53,921 nt of DNA, taken from assembly GCA_903822075.1 (NCBI GenBank), contig CAIJNK010000016.1, forward strand, positions 1-53,921. Direction: 5' to 3'. Position 1 is the stretch's first letter; each line of letters begins with the position of its first letter. Source of the stretch: an uncultured bacterium. Its GTDB lineage: Bacteria; Patescibacteriota; Minisyncoccia; Phycocordibacterales; GWA1-40-21. The notes beneath the pieces were generated by a model. It had not been told where the DNA came from and ran no database searches. It saw only the letters and a list, made by a program, of their open reading frames with translations. This document shows positions 28,631 to 38,004 of the stretch, piece after piece. A program made the translations under genes and the position numbers.

Positions 28631-30241
28631 ATGGAAATATCCCAAAAAAACCCAGTCGCCTATTTTTGCGCTGAATTTGCCTTGGTGGACAAAATGCCCA
28701 ACTATGCTGGTGGACTTGGTATACTGGCTGGTGACTATATCCTAGAAGCGGATAAGGAGGACTACCCTATCGTAGGCTTCGGTTTGTATTATCAAAAAGG
28801 CCAGAACAGCCGGACTAGGACCGGTGAACCTAACGGTCGTAGATTCGGCTTGAAATTGCTAAAAAATAGTTTCTTTGGAAAAAGAATCTTACTCTCCATC
28901 CCTATCGAAGATCGAGATATTTTAGCCCAGGTCTGGTGCTGGCATGGAAAAAACAACTCCGTCTATTTTCTAGATACGAACATTCCAGAAAATTCTGAAT
29001 TGGACCGATTAATCACTGAACAACTTTACGTCGAAGATCGAGAATTACGTTTAAAACAAGAACTGGTTTTAGGAATCGGTGGAGTCAGACTACTAAACAG
29101 ACTCGGTATTATCCCATCTGTTTTTCACTTAAACGAAGGACATTCAGCCTTTCTAATTATTGAACTTTTAGGTAAGGAAATCAACAAAGGTCTTAAATTT
29201 GTCGAAGTATTCGACCAAGTAAAGAAGAAAGTGGTTTTCACTAATCACACCCTAGTTTTAGAGGGTCAAGAAATGTTTGCTTTTGACTCACTTGTTCGAA
29301 ATACCACCAAGCTTTGTACCGAACTTAATTTGGATATCCAGGAAATACTAGAGAAGGGCAAAAACAAACCGGAGGATAAGCTATTTTCCTTAACGACCTT
29401 TGCTCTAAACGGATCGGTAATTACCAACGCTGTCAGTCGCATACACGGTGAAAAAGCCCGTGAACTCTGGCCCGGTTATCGGATCATCCATATAACAAAT
29501 GGCATTTTTATCCCCCGCTGGGACAAAATTAAAACCGGAGACATTGTAAAAAAGCACCAGAAAAACGAAGACAAATTATTAAAACTGATCCGAGCGGCCC
29601 GCGGCGACAATTGGAAAAAAGAAGCTTTACTTATTGGCTGGTCCCGCCGTTTCGTTCCCTACAAGAGACCCCTAGCGCTACTCGAGGACGTAACAAAGTT
29701 AAAAGAAATACTGGAATATTTCAAGGGTCAGGTCCACATTGTTTATTCAGCTCCACTCGACGTTACTGAGACCGAGAAAAACGCATTCCTAAAGAAATTG
29801 TCTGAGCTAATGGTTGGAGAACTTAAAGGGTATGTCACTTTTATACCCCACTACAAACTGGACATTGCGGAAATTATGGTAGCTGGTTGTGACATTTGGC
29901 TCAATACCCCAATCGTCGGTCAGGAAGCATGTGGCACGAGCGGAATGAAAGCAGCTCTTAACGGTACTCTGGCCTTATCGACGAATGACGGTTGGATAAA
30001 TGAAGTGCCTTTAGCTGATTTTGGGTGGCTCATAGATGATCAAGATATTACCAAAGATTTACTGGAAAAACTGCAAAAAGAAATTGTCCCCGAATTCGAA
30101 AAATTCATCAAAACCAAAGATGGGTCTAACTGGCAGGAATATATGAAAAAATCCAGACAGCTCATACTTAAGAACTTCAGCACAACAAGAATGCTTAAAG
30201 AATACATAGAAAAACTCTATTCTGAAGCCATCTCCAAGTAA
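28631..30241 (+). CDS. glgP: Alpha-glucan phosphorylase (compact form)
   Basis: AYFCAEF, YAGGLGILAGD, HLNEGH, FTNHT, EACGTSGMKAALNG (PLP lysine). Confidence 0.92.
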   Translation: MEISQKNPVAYFCAEFALVDKMPNYAGGLGILAGDYILEADKEDYPIVGFGLYYQKGQNSRTRTGEPNGRRFGLKLLKNSFFGKRILLSIPIEDRDILAQVWCWHGKNNSVYFLDTNIPENSELDRLITEQLYVEDRELRLKQELVLGIGGVRLLNRLGIIPSVFHLNEGHSAFLIIELLGKEINKGLKFVEVFDQVKKKVVFTNHTLVLEGQEMFAFDSLVRNTTKLCTELNLDIQEILEKGKNKPEDKLFSLTTFALNGSVITNAVSRIHGEKARELWPGYRIIHITNGIFIPRWDKIKTGDIVKKHQKNEDKLLKLIRAARGDNWKKEALLIGWSRRFVPYKRPLALLEDVTKLKEILEYFKGQVHIVYSAPLDVTETEKNAFLKKLSELMVGELKGYVTFIPHYKLDIAEIMVAGCDIWLNTPIVGQEACGTSGMKAALNGTLALSTNDGWINEVPLADFGWLIDDQDITKDLLEKLQKEIVPEFEKFIKTKDGSNWQEYMKKSRQLILKNFSTTRMLKEYIEKLYSEAISK

Positions 30242-30276
30242 TTGCGATTTTAGCCCAAAAATGCTATTATTTAAGC

Positions 30277-31524
30277 ATGTTAGAGCTGCCAAACCTAATA
30301 ATCTGTGTCTTTATATTCATTTCACTTTTTTTCGAAGTTTTTTTGCTTTTAACATTTCTTGAAAATCGGATGGTGATGAAAAAAACTGCTGTCATCACAG
30401 CGTCCCTTTTGCCTACGGCCACTATAGTTGTCCCCTGTTTTAATGAGTCTGAAAGTATTTTTGGGACCATCGATTCTCTTCTTGGTCTGGATTATCCGTC
30501 AGACAAATTAAAAATCATGGTAATTGACGATGGTAGCACGGATAATTCCTGGAATTTAATCCAGAAATACAAGTACCACCCACAGATTGAGATGTTTCAA
30601 AAAGAAAATGGTGGAAAACATACGGCCTTGAACTTTGCTATTGCCAGATCCAAATCTGATATCATTGGCTGCCTAGACGCAGATTCCTTTGTAAAATCTG
30701 ATGCTTTAAAAAATATTGCCGCCTATTTTTCTGATCGCGAAACAATGGCTGTCACACCAGCCATAAAAATTTATGAACCAGATAACATCCTGCGGAAAAT
30801 TCAAAAAGTTGAGTATGATTGGGGAATATTCTTAAGGAAAATGCTTTCCTTGATTGATGCCCTATATGTTACACCCGGCCCTTTCTCTATTTTTCGGCGT
30901 GAAGTTTTTGAAAATCTTGGCCCCTATAAAAAAGCCCACAACACCGAGGATATGGAAATGGCCATGCGTTTACAAAAACACAACTATAAGATAAAAAACT
31001 GCCATACGGCTTTTGTCTATACAATCGCCCCCCATAAATTCTCTAAATTGTTCACCCAACGTTTAAGATGGACTTATGGCTTTTTAAAAAATGCCCTAGA
31101 TTATCGTGAACTCTTTTTTAACAAAACACAGGGTAATTTGGGCTTCTTTATCCTACCACTAATGATGATATCCGCCGTCTCCACATTATGGCTAGCTAGC
31201 TCTTTTGTTTTTAAAATTATTTCAAAGATTAAGGAGTGGTTTACAAACTGGCAAGCGGTAAACTTCAATTTTCACCCTTTGAATACTTGGCATTTCAACT
31301 TTGAGTGGTTCTATTTAAACACCAATACCGTTACCTTCATGACTATCGTGAGTTTAGTCTTAATGGTTATTCTTATTCTATTAGGCCGAAAAATTGCTGA
31401 AGGTAAGCTTCGATTCAAAATGGAACTCCTATATTTTTTCTTCATCTACCCCTTTATTTACCCAACCTGGCTAGCAAAATCCGTTTACAACGTATTGGTA
31501 TCAAAGAAAACCTCTTGGCGTTAA
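30277..31524 (+). CDS. Processive GT2 glycosyltransferase (PgaC/cellulose synthase-like)
   Basis: IDDGSTD, LDADS, TED, QRLRW motifs; flanking TM helices. Confidence 0.9.
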   Translation: MLELPNLIICVFIFISLFFEVFLLLTFLENRMVMKKTAVITASLLPTATIVVPCFNESESIFGTIDSLLGLDYPSDKLKIMVIDDGSTDNSWNLIQKYKYHPQIEMFQKENGGKHTALNFAIARSKSDIIGCLDADSFVKSDALKNIAAYFSDRETMAVTPAIKIYEPDNILRKIQKVEYDWGIFLRKMLSLIDALYVTPGPFSIFRREVFENLGPYKKAHNTEDMEMAMRLQKHNYKIKNCHTAFVYTIAPHKFSKLFTQRLRWTYGFLKNALDYRELFFNKTQGNLGFFILPLMMISAVSTLWLASSFVFKIISKIKEWFTNWQAVNFNFHPLNTWHFNFEWFYLNTNTVTFMTIVSLVLMVILILLGRKIAEGKLRFKMELLYFFFIYPFIYPTWLAKSVYNVLVSKKTSWR

Positions 31525-31541
31525 TATCAATATTTACCGGC

Positions 31542-32210
31542 ATGCAAAATTTTAATTGGAAAAAATACCTTTGGACATTCCTAATTACAGTAGCTATTTT
31601 TGTCACAGCCATCAGTCTGAGCAATTACTTTAATAATCGAAAAATAGACAGCTTAAGAGAAATAGAAGATAAGATTTCCACAGATATAATGTCCTCAGAA
31701 ACCGAATATGATTTACTGGCCGAATCTTCTTGCAAAGATCTTTCCGAAGATGTCCTTTCCCAAGAATTAAATGCTTTAGCTCAAAAGCTTACGTACACCG
31801 AAGAGAATTTTGGTAAAAACAGCCCCGATTTGCTTAGGTTAAAAACTTACTATACAATACTCCAAATAAAGGACTATCTTCTGATGAAAAAAATCAGTCT
31901 AAAATGTAATACCAAGCCGGTATTTATCCTTTACTTTTACACAGCCGACTGTCAGGAATGTGGTCAGCAAGGTTATGTCCTCACTTACTTAAGAGAACAA
32001 TATCCAAACTTGCGTATTTATTCTTTTGATTACAAACTTGATAATCCCGCTCTACACACCCTTATTTCCCTATACAAAGTCAAAGAAACCGTCCCAGCGA
32101 TTGTAATCAACGATAAAGTTTACAATGGCTTCCTCGATAAAGACAAACTTGAAAGTTATCTACCGGCCTGGATGATAACCACAGCTACCACAACCGTTAG
32201 CAAAAAATAA
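31542..32210 (+). CDS. Membrane-anchored protein with C-terminal thioredoxin-like CxxC domain
   Basis: N-terminal TM; ILYFY..DCQEC; VPAIVIN. Confidence 0.7.
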   Translation: MQNFNWKKYLWTFLITVAIFVTAISLSNYFNNRKIDSLREIEDKISTDIMSSETEYDLLAESSCKDLSEDVLSQELNALAQKLTYTEENFGKNSPDLLRLKTYYTILQIKDYLLMKKISLKCNTKPVFILYFYTADCQECGQQGYVLTYLREQYPNLRIYSFDYKLDNPALHTLISLYKVKETVPAIVINDKVYNGFLDKDKLESYLPAWMITTATTTVSKK

Positions 32211-32214
32211 TATT

Positions 32215-33465
32215 CTACTTTTTGTATCTAAAGAAGTGAGGTTTGGTGGGATAGAGTTTAATATTGTCCAAAAAGTTAACACTATCTTTTATTAATAAAT
32301 GATAGATAATCCAAGTTAGAAGAATAGGAGCAGCGGAGATTAAAATCGCCCATGACGCCCCAAAATAATAAAAGGCAAAACCCGCATAAATAGTACCGAT
32401 AGACCAACCAAGATCATCGCATAAGTTAATGACGCCAGAAATTATACCTTCGCCGTCTTGCTCTTTATTGAGTGAGTGTATCCAGGTCCATAATGAAACA
32501 TCAGCCATTTCATTACCAATAGTTGCAAGCATCCCGATTAAGATAAAAATCCAACCAAAATTAAATCCCAGGCTCATCCCTCCTACAGCAAATATCAGTA
32601 ATCCTAAGAAAACAAGTAATCTCTTATCCATAAGGTCAGCCAGCCGACCCAACGTGAACCCTAGTACAACAATAGTTAGGTCGAAAATTCCCAGACCAAC
32701 ACCCAATATTCCACTTTGTGCCTGATGAGCGATTATCAAGGGCACAATAAACCAGACGGTGGCGTAAAAAATCGAGGCCGCAGTTCTAAGTAGCGCCAAA
32801 GTACTGCTGGCGGGATTAAGATTATCAATTGCCCTAATTACTCTCAGTAAAGCGGTACGGCGGATAAAATAATGTTGAGTCTGAACCTTTTTCTCAGCCG
32901 TGGCTTTAATATGGTCCTTTGGACTCAAGATAATAAATATCAAAGAAATAAATAACGACAAGAAGACCAGGATACCCATTAATTGGGGTTTCGCCAGAAT
33001 AATAAAGGGGAAAATAATTGTGGCAATCACGGTCCCCACCGAAGTAAAAATGTCTCTCAACGAAAGAAACCTCCCAGCACTTTCCTTGGGGGCGTGAGAA
33101 AGTGCATATGCGTTTATACCAGGACCAAAAAATAACCAACCAAAAACGCTCAAGAACAAACTAAGGACATACGAGTATGTATTAAAGCTAAAGGTTAGAG
33201 CCAGTGCCGAAAACATAAAACAAACCGTGGTAATCTTGAGTAGTCTCCTATATCCATACCGGTCTAAGATGTAGCCAGCTGGGACATCAAAAATAAGCTG
33301 GAGAACAGATTGTACCCCCATCAAGATGCCCACGACCCAAATGGGCATCAATTTTTCTCCCAATGGAGTCAAAATAAAATAATACAGAGCGCTAGCGCAT
33401 TTAAAAAAAGTTAAATATATCCAGAAAGGGATAAATTTTATTATTAATTTATTTACAATTTTCAT
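32215..33465 (-). CDS. MFS transporter
   Basis: About 12 TM; motif A GYILDRYGYRR and GRLADLMDKR. Confidence 0.88.
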   Translation of the reverse strand: MKIVNKLIIKFIPFWIYLTFFKCASALYYFILTPLGEKLMPIWVVGILMGVQSVLQLIFDVPAGYILDRYGYRRLLKITTVCFMFSALALTFSFNTYSYVLSLFLSVFGWLFFGPGINAYALSHAPKESAGRFLSLRDIFTSVGTVIATIIFPFIILAKPQLMGILVFLSLFISLIFIILSPKDHIKATAEKKVQTQHYFIRRTALLRVIRAIDNLNPASSTLALLRTAASIFYATVWFIVPLIIAHQAQSGILGVGLGIFDLTIVVLGFTLGRLADLMDKRLLVFLGLLIFAVGGMSLGFNFGWIFILIGMLATIGNEMADVSLWTWIHSLNKEQDGEGIISGVINLCDDLGWSIGTIYAGFAFYYFGASWAILISAAPILLTWIIYHLLIKDSVNFLDNIKLYPTKPHFFRYKK

Positions 33466-33471
33466 TTTCGG

Positions 33472-33544
33472 AGCCGCCTCCCAGGCTTGAACTGGGGACC
33501 TATAGTTTACAAAACTATTGCTCTACCAACTGAGCTAAGGCGGC
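33472..33544 (-). tRNA. tRNA-Thr(TGT), CCA not encoded
   Basis: GCCGCCT TA GCTC AGTTGGTA GAGC A ATAGT TT-TGT-AA ACTAT AGGTC CCCAG TTCAAGC CTGGG AGGCGGC T cloverleaf. Confidence 0.96.
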
Positions 33545-33549
33545 GTTTT

Positions 33550-33930
33550 TTATTGTTTTCCTTGACGTAGGCTCTTCTTGTATTCTGAAACATCCTTAAG
33601 GAAAAAGGAGGCAGAAGTTTTGTTTTTTAGGGCATCATGATCTTTTTTAGCAAAAAAATGGGATTGCTGGTGATCAAAACGCCTTTTGGTGGCGACAAGG
33701 AGACCCCTAATACTAGCGTTAATCCAAAGAAAAAACAACTTGGTGTTTTTAAAATTAACGTGACTCCACCAGTAATATATTTTTAGCAAGACCTTATATA
33801 ACCAATCATCACATTTTGAAAAAAGGTTTTCGAGGAAAATTTTTCGACCATAATAAATTTCCAAGCTCTTCATCACAAACAAAAGGGCAAGCAAAACCAA
33901 GGAAATTATGAAAATGACAAAAGTAACCAT
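33550..33930 (-). CDS. Hypothetical membrane-anchored protein
   Basis: N-terminal TM; 3 nt after tsf stop. Confidence 0.7.
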   Translation of the reverse strand: MVTFVIFIISLVLLALLFVMKSLEIYYGRKIFLENLFSKCDDWLYKVLLKIYYWWSHVNFKNTKLFFLWINASIRGLLVATKRRFDHQQSHFFAKKDHDALKNKTSASFFLKDVSEYKKSLRQGKQ

Positions 33931-33933
33931 AGA

Positions 33934-34524
33934 TTATTTTTGGCCGATACCAAAACGGGCAAATCGGCCTATTTCTGTCCGCTCACCAAACTTCTGGATA
34001 AAGGCTTCGATCAGGCCATTTATGGTCACTTCAGGGTTCTTAATATATTCTTGCTCTAATAGCACCTTATCCTTGAAATAAGAATTAAGCTTCCCCTCCA
34101 AAATTTTGGCTTTTATTTCCGCTGGCTTACCTTCCACTTCCTTTACAAAAACATCTTCGGCTTCTTTTCTAGTTGCCTCGGGAATATCTGTCATTTTTAG
34201 ATATGCCGGATTGGTGGCAGCCACCTGCATGGCAATATTATAGGCCAAAGTACCAAACTCCTCGTTCTTGGACACAAAGTCCGTCTCGCACATTAACTCT
34301 ACCATAGCACCAATATTACCATTAGAATGCATATAACCAGCCACTCGGCCAGCACCAAGGGTCCGATCAGCCTTCTTGGCAGCTATGCCTGCGCCCTTTT
34401 TTTGCAAAATAATAGTGGCCTTGCCTATGTCTCCCATAGCCTCTTCCAGGGCCTTTTTGCACTGCATAATGGATAAACCGGTGGCATCTCTTAGTTCCTT
34501 AATTAATTCAGTTGATATTGTCAT
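33934..34524 (-). CDS. tsf: Elongation factor Ts (short form)
   Basis: IKELRDATG..IMQCKKAL, ELMCETDFV, AMQVAA. Confidence 0.96.
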   Translation of the reverse strand: MTISTELIKELRDATGLSIMQCKKALEEAMGDIGKATIILQKKGAGIAAKKADRTLGAGRVAGYMHSNGNIGAMVELMCETDFVSKNEEFGTLAYNIAMQVAATNPAYLKMTDIPEATRKEAEDVFVKEVEGKPAEIKAKILEGKLNSYFKDKVLLEQEYIKNPEVTINGLIEAFIQKFGERTEIGRFARFGIGQK

Positions 34525-34589
34525 ATATTTTTTAGTTACGAATAAACACCAGCTTATTGTACCACATATCTTAATCTAAAAGTAGAAAA

Positions 34590-35297
34590 CTACGCCTTCA
34601 GAACTTTAGCCTTCTGGTACGATCTGGAAAGTTCGTTAACAAAGAATGTAATGCTGGAAACGGAAGCGTCATTGGCAACAATGGGATAATTAAGACCAGT
34701 AACGTCACAATCAGTTCCACACAAAGCGACGACAGGAATATTCATTTTTTTGGCCTCGGAAACGGCGATGATCTCCTTCTTGGAATCCACGACCACGAGT
34801 GCCTTTGGCAAATCTTTCATGGAGGAGATACCGGAGAAAAATCTTTCTAAATTGGCAATTTCACGATCAATCATCAAACGCTCTTTCTTGGTGTATTTGG
34901 AAAGCTCACCCTTTTCTTTTTGCTTAGTCAAATCCTCGAGCTTCATCAAGCGCTTTTTTATTTCTGGGAAGTTAGTCAGAGTTCCTCCGATCCAACGACC
35001 ATCCACAAAAGGCATGCCGGCGGCTTCAGCGGCTATTTTTAGGGCGCCTCGGGCCTCATTTTTACCACCAACGAAAAGAACCTGCTTGCCGTCTTTAGCC
35101 AGGCTTGCAATGAATTCTAGGGCTTTAGCAAGCAATTCGTCAGTCTTTTCCAGGTCAACTATTTCCACTTTGTTCTTAACGCCAAAAATATAAGGAGAAA
35201 CGCTCGGATGGCGCCTTGTTTTGGAGTAGCCAAAATGGGCTCCGACCGCAAACATCTGCTCAATCCGTTCATTATTTATCTTTTTTTCTTCTGTCAT
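34590..35297 (-). CDS. rpsB: 30S ribosomal protein S2
   Basis: GAHFGY, RWIGGTLTNF, PIVANDAS; promoter TTGCAT-17-TAGGAT upstream. Confidence 0.96.
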   Translation of the reverse strand: MTEEKKINNERIEQMFAVGAHFGYSKTRRHPSVSPYIFGVKNKVEIVDLEKTDELLAKALEFIASLAKDGKQVLFVGGKNEARGALKIAAEAAGMPFVDGRWIGGTLTNFPEIKKRLMKLEDLTKQKEKGELSKYTKKERLMIDREIANLERFFSGISSMKDLPKALVVVDSKKEIIAVSEAKKMNIPVVALCGTDCDVTGLNYPIVANDASVSSITFFVNELSRSYQKAKVLKA

Positions 35298-35340
35298 ATG
35301 TGGGGCAATCCTATCAAATATAGCTTGAAAATGCAAGCAT

Positions 35341-35373
35341 AAGAAAAGGCGAGGAAAGGTATCTCCGCCTTTT
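35341..35373 (-). terminator. Terminator of orphan 35397-35786
   Basis: AAAAGGCG...CGCCTTTT. Confidence 0.65.
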
Positions 35374-35396
35374 CCCCGCCAAAATTAACTCCCGTA

Positions 35397-35786
35397 TCAC
35401 CTCTTGTAAGGACGTTCCTTGAGATCATGAACAATCCGCCTGACCACAAAATTCCAAGGCTTCTCGCCGATCATATCCAGACGGAAACAACAAACGTAGA
35501 TCCCAAGTCCTGAATCAGAGAGTTTTGTCAAAATACTCCCGCTTGAGGAACCAGTTGCGCAAGAAGCATCAGGAACCGTACCTTTTTCGCAAAGTTCCAC
35601 CGTGGCTCGTGCGCCTTCTTCTCGGAAGTCAAGGCTCCACATGAGCACCTGGCCATTTTCCAGCTTCACCTTGTTTTCAACGGCTTTGGCAAGGAAAAAA
35701 TACTTCCGGAGGATGGCGGTAACGCTCTCAAGATCCAAAGCTTTCGAGCTGAAAGAAAAAACACAACGCGTCGAATGGCTGAGCAT
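35397..35786 (-). CDS. Orphan hypothetical protein
   Basis: SD GGAG; promoter TTGACT-16-TACTAT at 35826-35853. Confidence 0.6.
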   Translation of the reverse strand: MLSHSTRCVFSFSSKALDLESVTAILRKYFFLAKAVENKVKLENGQVLMWSLDFREEGARATVELCEKGTVPDASCATGSSSGSILTKLSDSGLGIYVCCFRLDMIGEKPWNFVVRRIVHDLKERPYKR

Positions 35787-35906
35787 GATATACTCCAATC
35801 TTTTTTACTTTTTGATTCTATTGCCATAGTACCCTTTTCATTCAAAAAGTCAAGACCATCACGCCACCCCTGGCGTGATCTAAACGAGCCTATAAATAAG
35901 GGTTAA

Positions 35907-36890
35907 TTAGTCCTCATCACTATCTTTCCCGTCCGTTGGCTTGCCGATGTTTTCACCAACGAATTTAATGAGTTCGCCGACGGTTTCGCCGGAGAGGATT
36001 TTCTCAATATTGTACCAGCTTTGTTTGACGCGGTGATCAGTGATGCGGTCCTGTAAAATGTTATAGGTGCGGATTTTTTCAGAGCGATCCGCGGTGCCGA
36101 TCTGGTCTTTTCTTTCTTTGGCAAATTGAATAGCATCGCTTTCGCTTTTTTGCTGCTCCAACTTAGCCTGCAGAATAGTCATGGCTTTTTCCTTATTGCG
36201 CGACTGACTACGCTCGGCTACACAGCGCACCTCTAGTCCTGACGGCTTGTGGACAATACGCACCGCCGTTTCCACCTTGTTCACATTTTGTCCACCTTTA
36301 CCTCCGGCGCGGGAAAATTCAATCAACAAATCAGACGGCTTTATTTCCACCGAACTTTTCTTGCGAATCGGCAAAACCGCCACCGATGCGGTGCTTGTAT
36401 GCACCCGACCATTTTTCTCCGTTTCCGGCACGCGCTGAATACGGTGCACGCCGGTTTCATAGCGGAGCTCCTTGTAAACGCCCAGACCTTTGATTTCAAA
36501 AGAGGCTTCCTTGTAACCGCCAATATCATTTATAGATTCATCAAGCGGTGTAAAACTCCAGCCTTTTATGCCGGCATAACCGGCGTACATTTTAGCCAAA
36601 GTCTCAGCAAACAAAGCCGCTTCATCTCCACCAACCCCTGCCCGAACCTCCATGATTATTTCATTAGGGAACTCCTCTTCTTGTTTTTCTTCCACTAAAA
36701 TCCCTTCCATCTGCGCCCAAATATTTTCCTTTTGCACAGACAGAGAAGCTAATTCTTCCTTAGCCATCTCAGCCATTCCTGGATCCTTGGCAAGCATCTC
36801 GGTTACGGCCTTATCCTCAGTATCAAGTCGTAGATACTCCTCGGCCAGGTACATTGTTTTTTTATTTTGTTTGAATTCTTCGATTGTCAT
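35907..36890 (-). CDS. prfA: Peptide chain release factor 1
   Basis: RAGVGGDEAALF, VHRIQRVPETE (PxT), GGKGGQNVNK, DRSEKIRTYN. Confidence 0.95.
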   Translation of the reverse strand: MTIEEFKQNKKTMYLAEEYLRLDTEDKAVTEMLAKDPGMAEMAKEELASLSVQKENIWAQMEGILVEEKQEEEFPNEIIMEVRAGVGGDEAALFAETLAKMYAGYAGIKGWSFTPLDESINDIGGYKEASFEIKGLGVYKELRYETGVHRIQRVPETEKNGRVHTSTASVAVLPIRKKSSVEIKPSDLLIEFSRAGGKGGQNVNKVETAVRIVHKPSGLEVRCVAERSQSRNKEKAMTILQAKLEQQKSESDAIQFAKERKDQIGTADRSEKIRTYNILQDRITDHRVKQSWYNIEKILSGETVGELIKFVGENIGKPTDGKDSDED

Positions 36891-36947
36891 AAGATTATAA
36901 TAGCATAAAAGCCCGACCACCCTAAGGTAATCGAGCTTTTAAATAGG

Positions 36948-37172
36948 TTATTTGGCGCTTTTCTTTTTGGTACCCGCTTCTTTTCGAGCTTTGAATTTCT
37001 CCACACGTCCAGCAGTGTCTAATACCTTGTCATTTCCAGTATAAAAAGGGTGACAAACGGCGCAGATTTCCACGGCAATTGCTTCCTTGGTTGAACCAAT
37101 AGTGTATTTAGCACCACAGGCGCAGGTGGTCTCGGATTTGTCGTAAAATTTCGGGTGTATGTCTTTTTTCAT
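36948..37172 (-). CDS. rpmE: 50S ribosomal protein L31 (Zn-binding type)
   Basis: MKKDIHP, CACG, CAVCHPFYTG, GRVEKF. Confidence 0.97.
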   Translation of the reverse strand: MKKDIHPKFYDKSETTCACGAKYTIGSTKEAIAVEICAVCHPFYTGNDKVLDTAGRVEKFKARKEAGTKKKSAK

Positions 37173-37213
37173 AGTTCTAGGATTCTAGCAGGTTTTATTT
37201 ATAAAAGCAAGAG

Positions 37214-37987
37214 TTAATCTATCAAGTGTTCAGACAAAATCCTGACATTATCTATATCCATCCTGACCCGATTTTCTAAGGGTAATAAACCAGGTGTCTC
37301 CGTGCAAATAGCCAGTTTAGCCATTTTATTAGTAAACAAGTAATCTTCAAAGGAATTATCGTGATCATTAATAATTAAACCATCGACCACTTTATCCCCG
37401 TAAATTTCTTTATCATTTAAGACTCCGTAAAAATCATTTCGCCAACGGTCAATAATTTTTCGGTAAACAGGTTCGGGATTATTTTCAAAAACATAAGCAT
37501 AAAATTCTTTAAGATCCACGTCTTCATGAAGAGAAATAAAGATATCCATTTCCCAATCCTTGATGTCATCGTAGAAGACTTTAACTTCACCGTATTTTCG
37601 ACCATGAAGAGTTTGCGGTGTTAATTCATTTAAGTCCACACCGTCGTCGTCCATCCTTTGTCGCAAGTCGAAAGAGGTAGGATTTATGCAAGGATAAATG
37701 CGATAAGAGACCTGACTACTTAGCATTTCGTGAGGATTAGAGAATATCTCCAACATGCAAAGCGGACCGGCAATTTCATAAGCTTGCACACCAGCCACGA
37801 TACACACTCTTTTGGCAGCCTTAGGGTTTACCGTTATTCTATAGAGTGGGTATTTTTCACCAATCTTTTCAAACTCCTCGTAACCGATTATTTCCATATC
37901 TATTTTATGAATATGACAAAGCTTCTCCAGTTCATAAATATACTTGGCGTATGAATAATTTTCTACTTCTTGATAATTTATTTTCAT
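37214..37987 (-). CDS. M14-like metallopeptidase / succinylglutamate desuccinylase-family protein
   Basis: AGVQAYEIAG, PCINP, DLN, ISLHED, TETP. Confidence 0.75.
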   Translation of the reverse strand: MKINYQEVENYSYAKYIYELEKLCHIHKIDMEIIGYEEFEKIGEKYPLYRITVNPKAAKRVCIVAGVQAYEIAGPLCMLEIFSNPHEMLSSQVSYRIYPCINPTSFDLRQRMDDDGVDLNELTPQTLHGRKYGEVKVFYDDIKDWEMDIFISLHEDVDLKEFYAYVFENNPEPVYRKIIDRWRNDFYGVLNDKEIYGDKVVDGLIINDHDNSFEDYLFTNKMAKLAICTETPGLLPLENRVRMDIDNVRILSEHLID

Positions 37988-38004
37988 ATAATGAAATTAC
38001 AATA

